DNA of 48,358 bases, the filler included, from Streblomastix strix (Eukaryota), in assembly GCA_008636045.1 (NCBI GenBank). It is 2 parts of 2 records of this genome, joined end to end, with 100 filler letters (N's around TTAATTAATTAA, not from the genome) between each part and the next. Parts side by side here need not be neighbours in the genome. Positions count along the whole stretch, not along the records: positions 24,234 to 48,358 come from SNRW01000248.1; 1 more part is not named here. One strand, written 5' to 3'. The notes under the pieces are model-generated. The model was not told the DNA's origin. It worked only from the letters and a program-made list of their open reading frames with translations, and did not search any database. Positions 36,301 through 48,358 of this stretch are shown here, in pieces. A program made the position numbers and the translations under genes. Numbering within the stretch: position 1 is the first letter of the stretch; each line of letters opens with the position of its first letter.

Positions 36301-39086
36301 CATATGTCAATCTCACTACTTAATGCTGTCACTATATTTGCTGGATGTGTTGAAGATCGATCTTTTGAGATTATTGATTCACAGGATTTGTAACCAACAC
36401 AATAAACTCAATAATAAGGATAAATTGGACAATAGGTTGGATAAGGATATAATTAATAGATGAGCTCATTTGGGAGATTTGGAAACTTTGGAGGATATAG
36501 TAGCTTCGGAAGTTATGGACAGATGGGTAGTATTAGTCAAGGACTTCGAAGCTTACCACGTTTCTAGAAAGAGAAAAAAGCAACATCTTATTTCAATAGC
36601 GATTATTTCCGCAAGAATTGCTTTGTAGCATCTGTTCTAGAAGACCTATTTTCATTGATTGAGACATCATTAGGTTAAACGGCCAGAGCACAGGTTCAAG
36701 TTCAATAGAAAGAAAGAGCAATTTAACAACAGAAACTCATGCAACAAATAGCTAATTAGCGTAACAGCACAAATACATATGGTTAAAAAAGTTAATAATA
36801 AGCATAGATACTATTACGTGCTAAATAAGGTAGTCCTCAACATTTAGTGCCAACTCAACCTGGTTCGATGTAGATTGGATAAATCTAACAAAGTTAGAAG
36901 AAGGATCTTCTGTCTATCATCAGCAGTGAGAAAATGAATACATTACGTCTTCCAGTTGTTCTTGGTATGCTTATAAGAGCATAACCATATATAGCAGATA
37001 TGTTAGCACGTACTCCATAACTCCAATTGTAGCTCACATTCCATCCAGCAATGCATGATCTTCTTTCTTAGAAGAAAGAATCAGATTCACCTGTATAAAT
37101 ATCCCCTTAATATAATCTACCTCCAATTCGTGGTTCATCTCCACCCCCATAAATTAAAGCATCTTCTAAATAGTAAAGTGGAGCTCCATAACCTCCACCT
37201 CCTCTTGTTAGTCCAACTCCTCCATCTACTCACACTCCATAATAATAAGGATAATAATAATAATTTGGTCACTCATAGACACAGATACTCACATAATCTC
37301 CTGCTAATTAATTATCTTTAGAAAGAGATCTACATTTCAGTCCTGTTCCTTAATTGGGAGTGTGTTCACTTTGGCTTTTAACTTCACTTACTAAATCTAA
37401 AGTACTGATTGGTAGAGTCATTGTTACTGATTATGGTCCTACTTAATATATATAAGGAAAGGCATATGGAGGATTATTATAAGATAGTAAAGGATAATAA
37501 GGATAAGGATAAGGATTAGTTAATCTTTAAGGAGTAAATTCTGCTTCTGATGCAGCAGATGGTGGAAGTGATCATTAATAAAATGCAAAATAATTAAGTA
37601 TTTAAAAATCTGGGATTTAACAGTAAGTTTAATCACCATAGAAAACTCAAAGTTCCACAAATATACAAATAAATCCACCTTAATTAATGAGTTAGAAATA
37701 AGAGTAATATAAACCTCCAGAGATTGATGCAGCGCAATTTCAAAAAGATCTCATAAAGTAAAAAGAAGCAGAATTAGAATTCAAAAGAACTGTAAGAACA
37801 AGCGAAGTTGTGCGTTGGGTTAAAAAAGTTATTGGTTTGGAAAAGATTGGTCTATTAAGATACATTTATACTCAATATCTAATGTTTGAGCCTCGCAATG
37901 CACCAGCTGTACCAGTTTTCAATCCAGATGCAATTGTTGCACAAACAAAATAAGTTGATCAACAATAGAAATAAGGAAGATCAACTGCTCTATAATAATA
38001 ATCTTAACAAACACGAATGAACTATGATTTAACATCTTAATAATCTGGTGGTAATTTGAGTTAAATGCTTTCAACGGGTGGAACATTGAATTTAGAAGAA
38101 TAAGGAGCACCAGGAATCCCATTACAAATTTCAATTATTCCATTTGAATTCTCTGCATAATTGAATATCTCATTAGCCCCTACGTCATTACTATCTCAAA
38201 CTTCCTATGCACAACCATTATAATTTAAAGTTCAGTCATTTTTTTAATATTCTACAATCTCTAGTGATCTAACATCTACACAAACATCCGCATAAGCTGC
38301 TGCCACTATTGCAATATCAACTGGAGCAAGTTCGTAGAATCTCCAACGTTCAATGCTTGCTCCATCTTCATCTAAAGACAAGTAAGGAACACCAACTTCA
38401 CAAGCTCAGTAATAATAGAGTCCAACTGATTAAGGCATAAATAGTTTGAACTCTGCACGCTCCAATGCAACTTCTTCATAACAGAGTTATTCTACTCATG
38501 CAGATGGGAGATCCTCCCCAACTTAAGATGAAAAAACAACATAAGCCTCCAATGTATCAAATACACCTTAATCAGAATCATTATCTTCTTATCTTTCTTA
38601 ATAATGGAGTGTTCAAACAACAGGATCTCCTCGAATTGATTCATAGGATGGGTAGACAAAATATCTCAATACAGTTTAGCGGACAGCTGCACCTGCAGAC
38701 TTAAGAGCGGCTTAAAATGTTATTGCAAAACTATTGTATGATATACTCCATGAACTGACAGTTGGATGTGTAGATAATCTTCTTGAATTAGTCTAAGCAC
38801 TTGCAGAGACTTAAGCTGAGGAAGACAAACGTGTGATTAGTAATCCAATTGATGAGCACATCTTCTGGCCTGTAACTCGAGTACTTCCACCTCACTATCC
38901 CACACTTGCATATCTCCACAATACTTAACGTGTTCAAGAAGGTTTTTCTGGAAAAGGACAGAATCCTTCTTTGTCTGCAAGTTAACTTAATTTAAGCTAA
39001 TTAAGCATGGTTGGTTAATCTGCTACTCCTGTATAGAGCCTTGCAAATGCATAACATGTTGTACCAACACCACCTCCAACACAAGG

Positions 39087-39124
<38 letters not shown>

Positions 39125-42100
39125 CTATAAGCACTCCTGTTGGTTAAACATAATTCAACACATAGTATTAATAGACTCAATCAGGATCATAGAGTTAAAC
39201 AATTTCTTTGTCATTCACTGCACAAAACCTACAAACTTCCCTTATGCCCGCACTTCTATATTCTCTTTCTGACAAATAACGCGTATATTATGTCCCTCGA
39301 TATACATATGGTAGCACAAATAACATAAACATCTTCCCTTCATCTCAATACTCTTCTATTCCATTGTTAAATGCTACAGCTGCACTCAGTGTGTAAGAAA
39401 TAGGATAACAATTTGGATAATAATCAGTGTAAGGATCAATGGCCTCAACATAAGGAATATTAAGTCTTTCTAAACGGATGTTACCCCTTGAATTAATAGG
39501 ATGTATAAGTGCTGGATCAGGAACAAGGTCCTTAGATCAAAGTTCACTTCTTGGTTCAGATGACCCAGACTTAGATGATCTTGAGGACTTAACCAGTTAG
39601 AATTGGTAAACACGAACATAAGAAGCCAGAACACAAATTGCTGCTTTGAAGAATGAACCAGCAGCTCCATAACCTCCTGAGCCATTACATAAATAAGCCT
39701 AGGAACAGCCAAGTGAGAAAACTGATTCAAAATAAACAGATGTGAAGAAATCAGGTGAAACAGCTATTCTCAAATATAATGCAGTTAACAATTTTGAAAG
39801 TGAATTTAATCTGAGTATTAATAAAACTCTTGCTTCTGGATTTATAGTTGGTCCAAATGGAATTCTTTATCCATTCTATAATGGTCCATCAACAACTGGG
39901 AATGCAGTTTCTAGTTTCTTCACAGGAGGATCTCTTTCATTGGGTGGATCAAACTCGCCTTCTTCTGATTCATAAGGTGGATCACCAGCATCAGGATCTA
40001 ATTCTCCCAATTCATAGAATAGTTAAGGTGGATAATTATAACATAATTAAGCACAGACTGTTATGCAATTATAACTTCAATTAATGCTTGGTTAAGGATA
40101 ATCAGGATAAATGAGTATGGGAAGTGAAAGCTTATTCTAGTTGTCATTTGGACAGGATCCAGCAATGTACAGAGGAATTCACAATCCTGGAAATCTTTGC
40201 TATATGTCATCTCTAATCTAATAACTATATATGCATCAGTAATTCAGATCCATTGTTTTATAATGGGATGGAAAACCTTTCAATGCTAAGAAAGAAGAAA
40301 AACCAGCAGCTGGAAAATAAGAATCTGGTTAAAATGCTTCTGATTCTGCTCCATAAGCTGGATAATAATAAGCAGTTCCTTAATAGAGGTAGATTTAATA
40401 CTTGTCATCAGTCCCATAGAGATGGAATTCAAGAGATATTCAGACTTTGGAAAAGAATATTTTTGTACAACATGTTAAAAACATGAATTCTGAGAAGAAA
40501 TAATATTTTGAACGTGTTTGGCATTAGTTGCGAAACCTCTTCATACAACTGACAATTGGAGGATTACAAACAATGCGTGTTCCAATTATGCGTCCATCCC
40601 AACATAAAGATAAATTGAAAGATGGACGAGTACCAATGGAAGTTAAAGATATTAATGATGATGACCCAAATTGGTTAGATGATATGGGTGAAGGAATGCC
40701 ATAAGATTTAGATTAGAGCATGATTGGAAGTCTGAATACAGATAAGGATTCACTAACAAACCTCAGTATAACAACAAACACAGAATCAGAGAGTTCATCA
40801 AGTGGAATTCAAAGTGCATAAGCAAGTAGTAGTAACACAAGTTCTGGTGATACAACTGATGATCCTTCTTTGAAACATAAAGATAAAAAGAAGAAACATA
40901 AAGCAACAGATAAAGGTGCAGAGATTGATGTATATGTTCCTGCTTAAAGTGCCATTCTTGATCGTTTCTTAGTTGACTTCAGAATGGGTTAAGATTAAAT
41001 TGATGTTAAGTAATAAGAAGATCTATTTGATTTCCTAATGGTTCTATTTGATTCATTAGAAAGTCATTTAGATGCATGTTCAATTCCTAATATAGTGAGA
41101 AGATTGTTTATGTTTATGACATCTTCACAGCTCATGTGCTCAGAAGGACATGGAAGTGTCAAACCAGAAGGAATGTCTGCAATGCCTGTATATGTGCGTG
41201 GATGCTAAGGTCTTGTTGAATCATTGAGGAAACAGATGATTGGAGAAATAATGGAAGATACAGCATGTTCTAAATGTAGGGAAATGAAGTTGATGAATAG
41301 TAGAATGCTTAGACGAACTCTTATACAGGACTTACCCAATACTCTGATATTCCAATTAAAGAGATTTGGATATAACTAGAAGCTTGTTAAGAGATATAAG
41401 CTCAATGATCATTTTGAATTTCCAATTGAAGAAGAATTGGATATGACAGAGTATATGGTTGAGACAATTGATGAATAAGAAAAGAAATACAAAAATGCCA
41501 AAGACAGATTCACACATGTTGCCCATCGTATTCGATATATTAACCCAGAAACTGGACATGTTCATGACTATGTAAGAAGAGCTGTTGGAGGCCAAGTATC
41601 AAGCACATATACCACTCGTGTAAAAGCTCAATGTTTCCCCAGACTTGGACGAAAGAGCGATTATTATGTTTATAAACTTGTGGGAGTTGTCTGTCACTAA
41701 GGATCAATTGACTAAGGTCATTACTTCTCTTTCATTCGTGAACGCAAACCTCCATACCGTTGGATAATGTTCAATGATAAAATTATTGAATAGGTGAGCC
41801 CAGAGACAATTGCTATGTATGCCTTTGGATAAGGTAAACAACAAGGGAAAGGTTAAGACAGTTCTGCAGATACTCCTTTGAATTCACAACAATAATCATA
41901 AAATACACCAATAATTATTTAACCACTTTACCAGTAAAGCTCCTCCTCGTCTTCATCGGCAGCTGATGGATAAGTTGGAGCATCTCCTGCTGTTGGATCA
42001 AGTTCATCTGGACTTGATAAACTACATTTGGGATTTGATACTTGTTCTGCATATCTTCTTATGTATGAACGTACGAGACCATTAGAAGATTGGTCTATCC

Positions 42101-45100
42101 CAGAAAGAGAGAAGAAGAGTAATCCTGATAAAGATAAATCAGAAGATGAAGAAGATAAAGGTGAAAATACTAATCCCAATACTTTGACTTAACTTGCCTT
42201 ATCAGGTAATGTACAGGTAGCTCCACTTGTTCTTGTCAATATGTCTGCATTCACTGTTAGTCCTTTGGTAACTGAATTAAGGACTCCACATGTATTCAAT
42301 CATAACTATTTGTGGCTTATGCGTACATTATATGAGGATATTGGATGTTGTGAATATTGGGAAGTGAGAGAAGAAGCTTATAAGCTTCGTATGGCTGAGT
42401 TAGGATTTAATGTTCATGGCTCATGGGGTTCTGAAGGAATATCAGATCTAAGCATTCATCTCGAAGGGAAAAAACCATATGAATTTGATTTGGGGTATGG
42501 ATATGGTTATCGAACTTCTAGAAACAACTTCTTTGTTGGAAATATGAATGATAATAGTGATGATGATTATCTTGATGATGAATAATCAATTTCAAGTACT
42601 GACTCATTGAGTTCCTTATCTGATTATTATGATGACATAAACATTTCACATACAAATAAAATAAGGAAAAGGAAATATGGATTTGAGAGACATCACAAAC
42701 ATAAAGCTAAGGATCCAAAACGTGTATATGCTCGTGAGAGATAATAACGTAGAAAATTATGGCGTGCGATGCTATAAAGTGGAGATGGAAATATTATAGG
42801 GAGCAGTGCTCGAGGTCGTGGTATGGGAATCTTTGCAATAAACTCTCGTACAACCAGAGCTGCACTTGCATCAGCTGCTGCATCACTTCTTCAGGAACCA
42901 GCTACATCTCGTTCATCTGGTGAAAGAAGTGCGATTTTAGCTGCTCTTGATTCACACCCATTCACAGACAAGGATTTCATCCCATTATCTTCAGAAATGG
43001 CTTCTCTTGCAGCAATGTCATCTTAACAAAACCACCAGGAATCAATGGGTTAATCAATCTAATAGAAATTGAGTTAATCCGGATCTCATTTTGTTGAAAC
43101 TCTCCTTGTAACTGAAAGAACAATGAGACTATTTATGTTTGTATGGATGCGATTCTTATTACACACATATTCACACTACAAGAACCATCCACTCTTCTAA
43201 AGATGGTGTGTAGAACTCTGCTAAACACTTCGCCATTCTCCACTACTATCAAGAAGATTCTTATTATTAATGACTGAAGAACTTTAGGAAGAAGAGTTAA
43301 GAGATAGAACAGCATTAGAAGATCATTTTCTCTCTCCTGACAATGCTGCAGCATTGAGAGAAGCAGCTGCAGCTGAAGCAGCGAACAACAGAGCATTAGC
43401 TCTTGTTCATGCTATTGCTGTACCCAAAGAAAAGAAAATAGAAAGTTCAAAATCCAAATCAAGTGATATAAAGAAAAGCAGTAAAAGCAAAGGATCTTTC
43501 AAAGATAGACTAACACGTAAATTAGGAATATCCAAGAAAGAGAAAGAAAAAGAAGAAGTAGAAGAAAAACCAAAAGCTTAACCAATAACAGCCGAATAAT
43601 AAGAGATTATTGATGATGAATAAATTGGATCTCCAATATAGACCCCAAAATTAGAAGGAGATGGATAAGAACCTCCTGAATTCCTGCAAACTCCTTAGAA
43701 AGATGAAAAACAAATGACTCAAGCAAAAAAAGTTCAAGATAGTTCTAAAGATAAACATCATTCATCATCCAAAAAGAAAGTAGTTAGTGCATTTGGGGAT
43801 GTTGTTGCATCATATGAAGCTGAATCTGCACCAATTGCACTCCTTCCAAAGATATAAGCTCAACCAAAGCGAGTTATTGAAATGTTTGATATCTATAATG
43901 TGGATGAAGATGAGATGAATCTTGAAACAATGCGTGGAGTAGATGCAGATGGAAGAGATATAATGGAAACTGAAGGATAAGAAGAGCTTATGATTGATAT
44001 GGATGCTGATATTGGAGAATTAGACAATTCATAATATTCCAATGATGATGATAATGCAGATACTTAATCTCATAAGGGAATGATTGGATCTCCATCTTAA
44101 GTATCTCTCTTATCTTAGAAATCTCTTGCTTCATTGAATTCAGTTGCATCTCGTTAATCAATGCAATCTGTATAGTCTGTTTAATCAATCTCATCTGTGA
44201 CATCAATGTCTTCAGCAGCATCAATATCTTCCGTTCAATCATGGACAGCTCTGAAGAAGAAGCCTTTGTATCAGATTAGTTCAATAGCTCGTCCATCATA
44301 TATGCAAGGTGCTCCATAAACAGGTGTATCGGGTCCATAAGCATAGTCTCAATATAGATCTCGTTAGTCTTTTGGTCCAACAGCACAACCTCCAGTACCA
44401 CCAAATTCTATTATGTCTAGAAATAGACCTTCTTCTTCTTATTCAAATTAAATGGGTGGGTTATAATAAATATCCTCTTTATCACAATCTGCTGGTTAAG
44501 TTGGAAGTAAAAGATCTGATTAAAAAGCAAAAACTGATAAAGAAACAACAGAAAAATCGCATTCATCTGCAAAACCAAAACCTCTGAGTTCCAATGGAGC
44601 CAGAATTAGTGGAGGTGCTTCTCTTGTAAGGAAATTCTTCTTTGGATGTTTGGGAAATGATGTAGTAAGATTGTTTGAAAGCCTCTTTGATAGTGCACTC
44701 TATTCAATAATTATTAAAAGTGATATCTTCTTGAGTTTAGATGACTTCTTAGATGATCCTGAAACATAATAAGATTTATCTCGATCTACAAGATCAGGAC
44801 ACAAATCTAAAAGCTCTTCACATCACATTGCAACACCAACATCAATGTCTATCAATTCTTCAATTGTAGAAGGAACTCCAATGTAATTAGTTAAGAAGGT
44901 ATTAGAAGAAAGAAAAAGAGAAGCAATGAAGATGCTTAGCAATCTGTTTTCTCTAATACTCGATGCTGCTGCAACTGAATAATACAATCTAATGCGTATA
45001 ATGCGTGATTCTATGCCAACACCTCCTATTCCACAGAGCTAGATTCAGTCCAATATAGTTGGATCGGGTAATTAATAAAGACCTCCAGGATCTCCAGCAA

Positions 45101-46854
45101 ACACAATTAGTAGTCCTTAAACTCCTAATATAACTCCAGTTAGATCATTACCTGGAGGCTTTATGGGAACTCCTCAATCAAATGCATCTGTTAGTCCATT
45201 CTCATTTATTAAAGCAACAGCAAAGACACCAGAATCAATGTAATCTGTTAGTGGGAGTTAATATGCAGGATCAGCTTCTGGGAAGAGTCGTCATGGAGCA
45301 TCTAAACTATCCACTCCTTAAACATCAAAGGACAAAGATAGGAAGAAAGATAAAGGGAAGGTTTCATCATCTGTTGTATATACACCAACTAGACATCTGA
45401 TACCACTTCCTTAAATACCTTCTTAAAGATTGGTAACTGCCATATAATAGAAATAAGGAAGTTATTGGGGTACAAGAGATAACTTTATAGTTATACCATC
45501 AGCAAATTCAAACACTGCAGGATTCAGTTAATAAGTGTTATAAATAGTTGGAGTTGTTGGATCAGCATCTTCTGCTCTTGATTAAGTTGTGAACACACCA
45601 AAAACAAATGCAATGTTGGAGATTCAATTTGGTAATTCATCCAAACGTATATTTGATTTCATACACCGCCTCTGCATATCCCATCAAGTTATAGCCAATG
45701 CTTTAATGTGTTGCTCATTCCCATAGCGTTGTTAGGATATTCTTTGTCCAGGAAGTACCATCTGTTATGGTTGGTCAGAGCATGCTCTTGAAATACCACG
45801 TGTTGCAAGAGCTAAAGAAGAAAAAAGAAAAGCCATTCGAGATATTGATAAGGCAATTGAGAAAGAGAGAGAGAAAGAAAAGAAGAAATAAGATAAAGAT
45901 GGAGATAAGGATAAGGATAAAGAGAAAGAGAAATTAAAAGAGAAAGAAATAGAAGCTGAAAAAGAGAAAGAGAGGCAGAGGAAGAAAGAAGAAGAAGAAG
46001 CTAAGAAGAGAGAGGAAGAAAAAGAAAAAGAAAGAAAGAGAGAAAAAGAATTGGAGAAAGAAAAAGAGAAAGAAAAGGATAAGAAGAAGGACAAAGATAA
46101 GGATAAGAAGAAAGAGAAAGAAAAAGAAAAAGAGAAAGATAAAGATAAAAAGGAAAAAGATAAAAAAGATGATAAGAAGAAAGATAAAGATAAAGATGAG
46201 AAGAAGAAAGATGAAAAGAAAGAAGAAAAGAAAGAAGAAAAGAAAGATGATGATAAAGATAAGAAGAAAGAAAAAGATAAGAAAGATAAAAAAGAAAAAG
46301 AAAAGTTTACAGTTGAAAGAAAAGAACAAATGACTTAATCTGTATTTGGTGCAATGGTTGCATGTCTCTAATATGCATCAAAAGGAACTGTCAAAGAAGT
46401 ATTAGAATAACAACGTCTATCAGAACCCCCTGCAACTCCACTTTATGAATCAGTTACAGTGAAGAACAGATGTTTTAATGTTTCTAAACCACTTATGGCT
46501 ACAAAAGGAGACTCAAAGAAAGAAGAAAAGGAAGAAGAAGATAAAAAGAAGAAAGAAAAAGACAAAGAAAAAGAATAGAAGAGAAAGAGGTTAATGTTTG
46601 GTGATTCAGACTTTGAGAAATATGTTACTGTTTCATTCAGTAAGAAGATTTCCAGTGATTGTGGAGCTGCAGAAGATCCAGAGTTGTGGGCAGCTCACAC
46701 TCTGAATGCTTATGGATGGGGAGTGAACAGATGGTGGAGGCATCAGAGAAGGAAGGATCTTCGCAGAGAGGGAATGCAAGAATGGCAGTCTGGAGTTGAG
46801 GATTGGAGTGAGTGGGTGAAAGTACTGTTTCATAAATTACAATTCAAACCTTGA
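33391..46854 (+). CDS. Giant ubiquitin-specific protease (peptidase C19; USP9X/24/34-like catalytic boxes), ~4487 aa, apparently single exon
   Basis: The protein-like + ORF fragments (33391, 33697, 35527, 39742, 42241, 42823, 43354, 46051, 46594) share one frame. Cys box GIHNPGNLCYMSSLIQQLYM (~40174), QQEDLFDFL, LPNTLIFQLKRF, KLNDHFEFP, His box YKLVGVVCHQGSIDQGHYFSFIR...WIMFND, SAYLLMYER. Confidence 0.9.
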
Positions 46855-47188
46855 TAATTATACTGAGATTATCTATTCAGCTTTAGTAGCGCTGTATGAG
46901 TATACCTAAAATGTTTAATTTCTCATTTTTTTATATAATAACTTAATCATTTCGTTGAACTTTTTGCAAATCTGTTTCTTTCATCCTCTTTGAAATGCAC
47001 ATATCAAATAAATAGAATATTTAATTAACGTATGAAGTTATGATTATTTAAGTTTATTTTTATTCAATAAAAATATTTAAAATACAATTATTGTTGTATA
47101 GAGATCCATCTTATAAAGTATTTAGATATATCAACAGGGGTAAATATTAAACTATCATTTGGGATCTTTAATCATTGATTCAAAAAAT

Positions 47189-48358
47189 TCAACTAGGAGG
47201 ATTAACAAACTCAAATAATTCATTTTCCTGCTCATGATTTTTGGATTAAATTTCATAATATAGTTTCTACTTCTTATCATTTTCAAGTTTTATACGAGAT
47301 TATCTCTCTTTCTCAATTAGCTGTTATACTTCTCCAATATTCAACATTCCTTTGCTATAAGGATTTTAAAATTAAGTAGAGAAAATAGATGGTTTAGGAA
47401 GTGGTGAATAGAGTGAAATAATTTTGTTTGCATTATTGAGAATATATTAAAGGCAACTGGTTTATTTCACGCTAAGCATTAGAGCAGCTTGTGCAGTATT
47501 TACATCTGCTTATTTCACTCTGAATAAACAAGGTGAAAAAACGACTCCAAAATTGTATATTCCCATCTTTGTTATATTTTCTTTTAATAGCAATTAACAA
47601 ATATGATTAAGTAGAAGCAGTAATAATTATCTTTTATGAGATGGCATTTAATTAAACACATTTGAAATAAAATAGTTCACACTCTCAGATTCATCAACTA
47701 TTTCATTAGCTTAATTATAATATTACAATTCAGATTAAGTTAGAATTGGATCAGGTAATTATTAAAAGTAATTCTTTACTGCCTGTTACACAACAAGAGG
47801 AGATATGTTTGGTTATATTGGCATAATTGGATGTAGATTTACTGCTTCAATAAATTTAAGTAGTTCTTACTACGAGGGTGCAGTTCTGTACATTCCTTCA
47901 TACTAAAAATAATAAGATAAAATTAATAATAATAAAAAATATAATATAGGTAGGACGCCGATCTACATCCAATCTATAATAAAAACGATTGTGAAACAAA
48001 CTGCTGGAATAGATTCTAAAAAATCAAACGAATTCCAAATAAATGTTGGGAGTGCTCCCTCTCTCTCAAATATTATCTCTAGTGGAACACCAAAAAGTCC
48101 AGATTGCTACATTTAAAAATCTAAAAAATAATATTAAAACACAAAATTCTAAATATTAGATAATACAAAACAATATTCTTTAAAGTGCGATAATATAAAT
48201 TATTATTAAATTGAACCAATGAAGAAATATTACAACTGAAGAAGAAGATAGAGATGATATTTGGAGATAAGCAAAAACAGCTGAAAATAACATTTGTAAT
48301 GATTTGATATCTTTTTTGGAAATATTAAATAATTCTCAATGAATTAAATAGATATAAT
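47189..48358 (-). CDS. RhoGAP-domain protein, 3' part (5' end outside window; final exon uncertain)
   Basis: SGLFGVPLEIIFEREGALPTFIWNSFDFLE...|YEGMYRTAPS (catalytic Arg), VKNYFQQLPDPILT, LLNHI, TKMGIYNFGVVFSPCLFR. First in-frame TGA at 47189-47191 if no further intron is spliced. Confidence 0.88.

Noticed and set aside
45765..46329. Phe/Ser/Leu-rich 'membrane' ORFs in the ORF track (also 12170-12765)
   Set aside because: Antisense shadows of KE/KD-rich and poly-Asn coding tracts.
6792..46854. Cluster of ubiquitin-pathway genes (RING, Ufd2-like, USP)
   Set aside because: Large common families, interspersed with unrelated genes and separated by an assembly gap.

Overview
AT-rich eukaryotic (protist) genomic DNA read with the nuclear code in which TAA/TAG = Gln and TGA is the only stop (NCBI table 6). 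The supplied standard-code ORF track is therefore fragmented. The code, short GT-AG introns and gene style fit an oxymonad such as Streblomastix (inference). Left of a 100-nt assembly gap (24134-24233) lie intron-containing housekeeping genes: V-ATPase B, RPB4, WDR18/IPI3, a TVP15-like membrane protein, a TOPORS-like RING E3, a CTDSPL2-like phosphatase, a CFAP52-like WD40 protein and a Ufd2/UBE4-like gene cut by the gap. Right of the gap is a ~7.5-kb intronless, virus-like accessory region. It holds a phage-tail-fibre-like repeat gene broken by a frameshift and two nested TA-TSD MITEs (the outer one fully palindromic), a small unknown ORF, and an intact AEP primase + SF3 helicase gene enclosed by its own 91-bp inverted repeats with iteron-like 9-mers. 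A 13.5-kb intronless USP deubiquitinase gene and the 3' part of a RhoGAP gene follow. All calls come from manual translation and motif recognition; no database searches were run.
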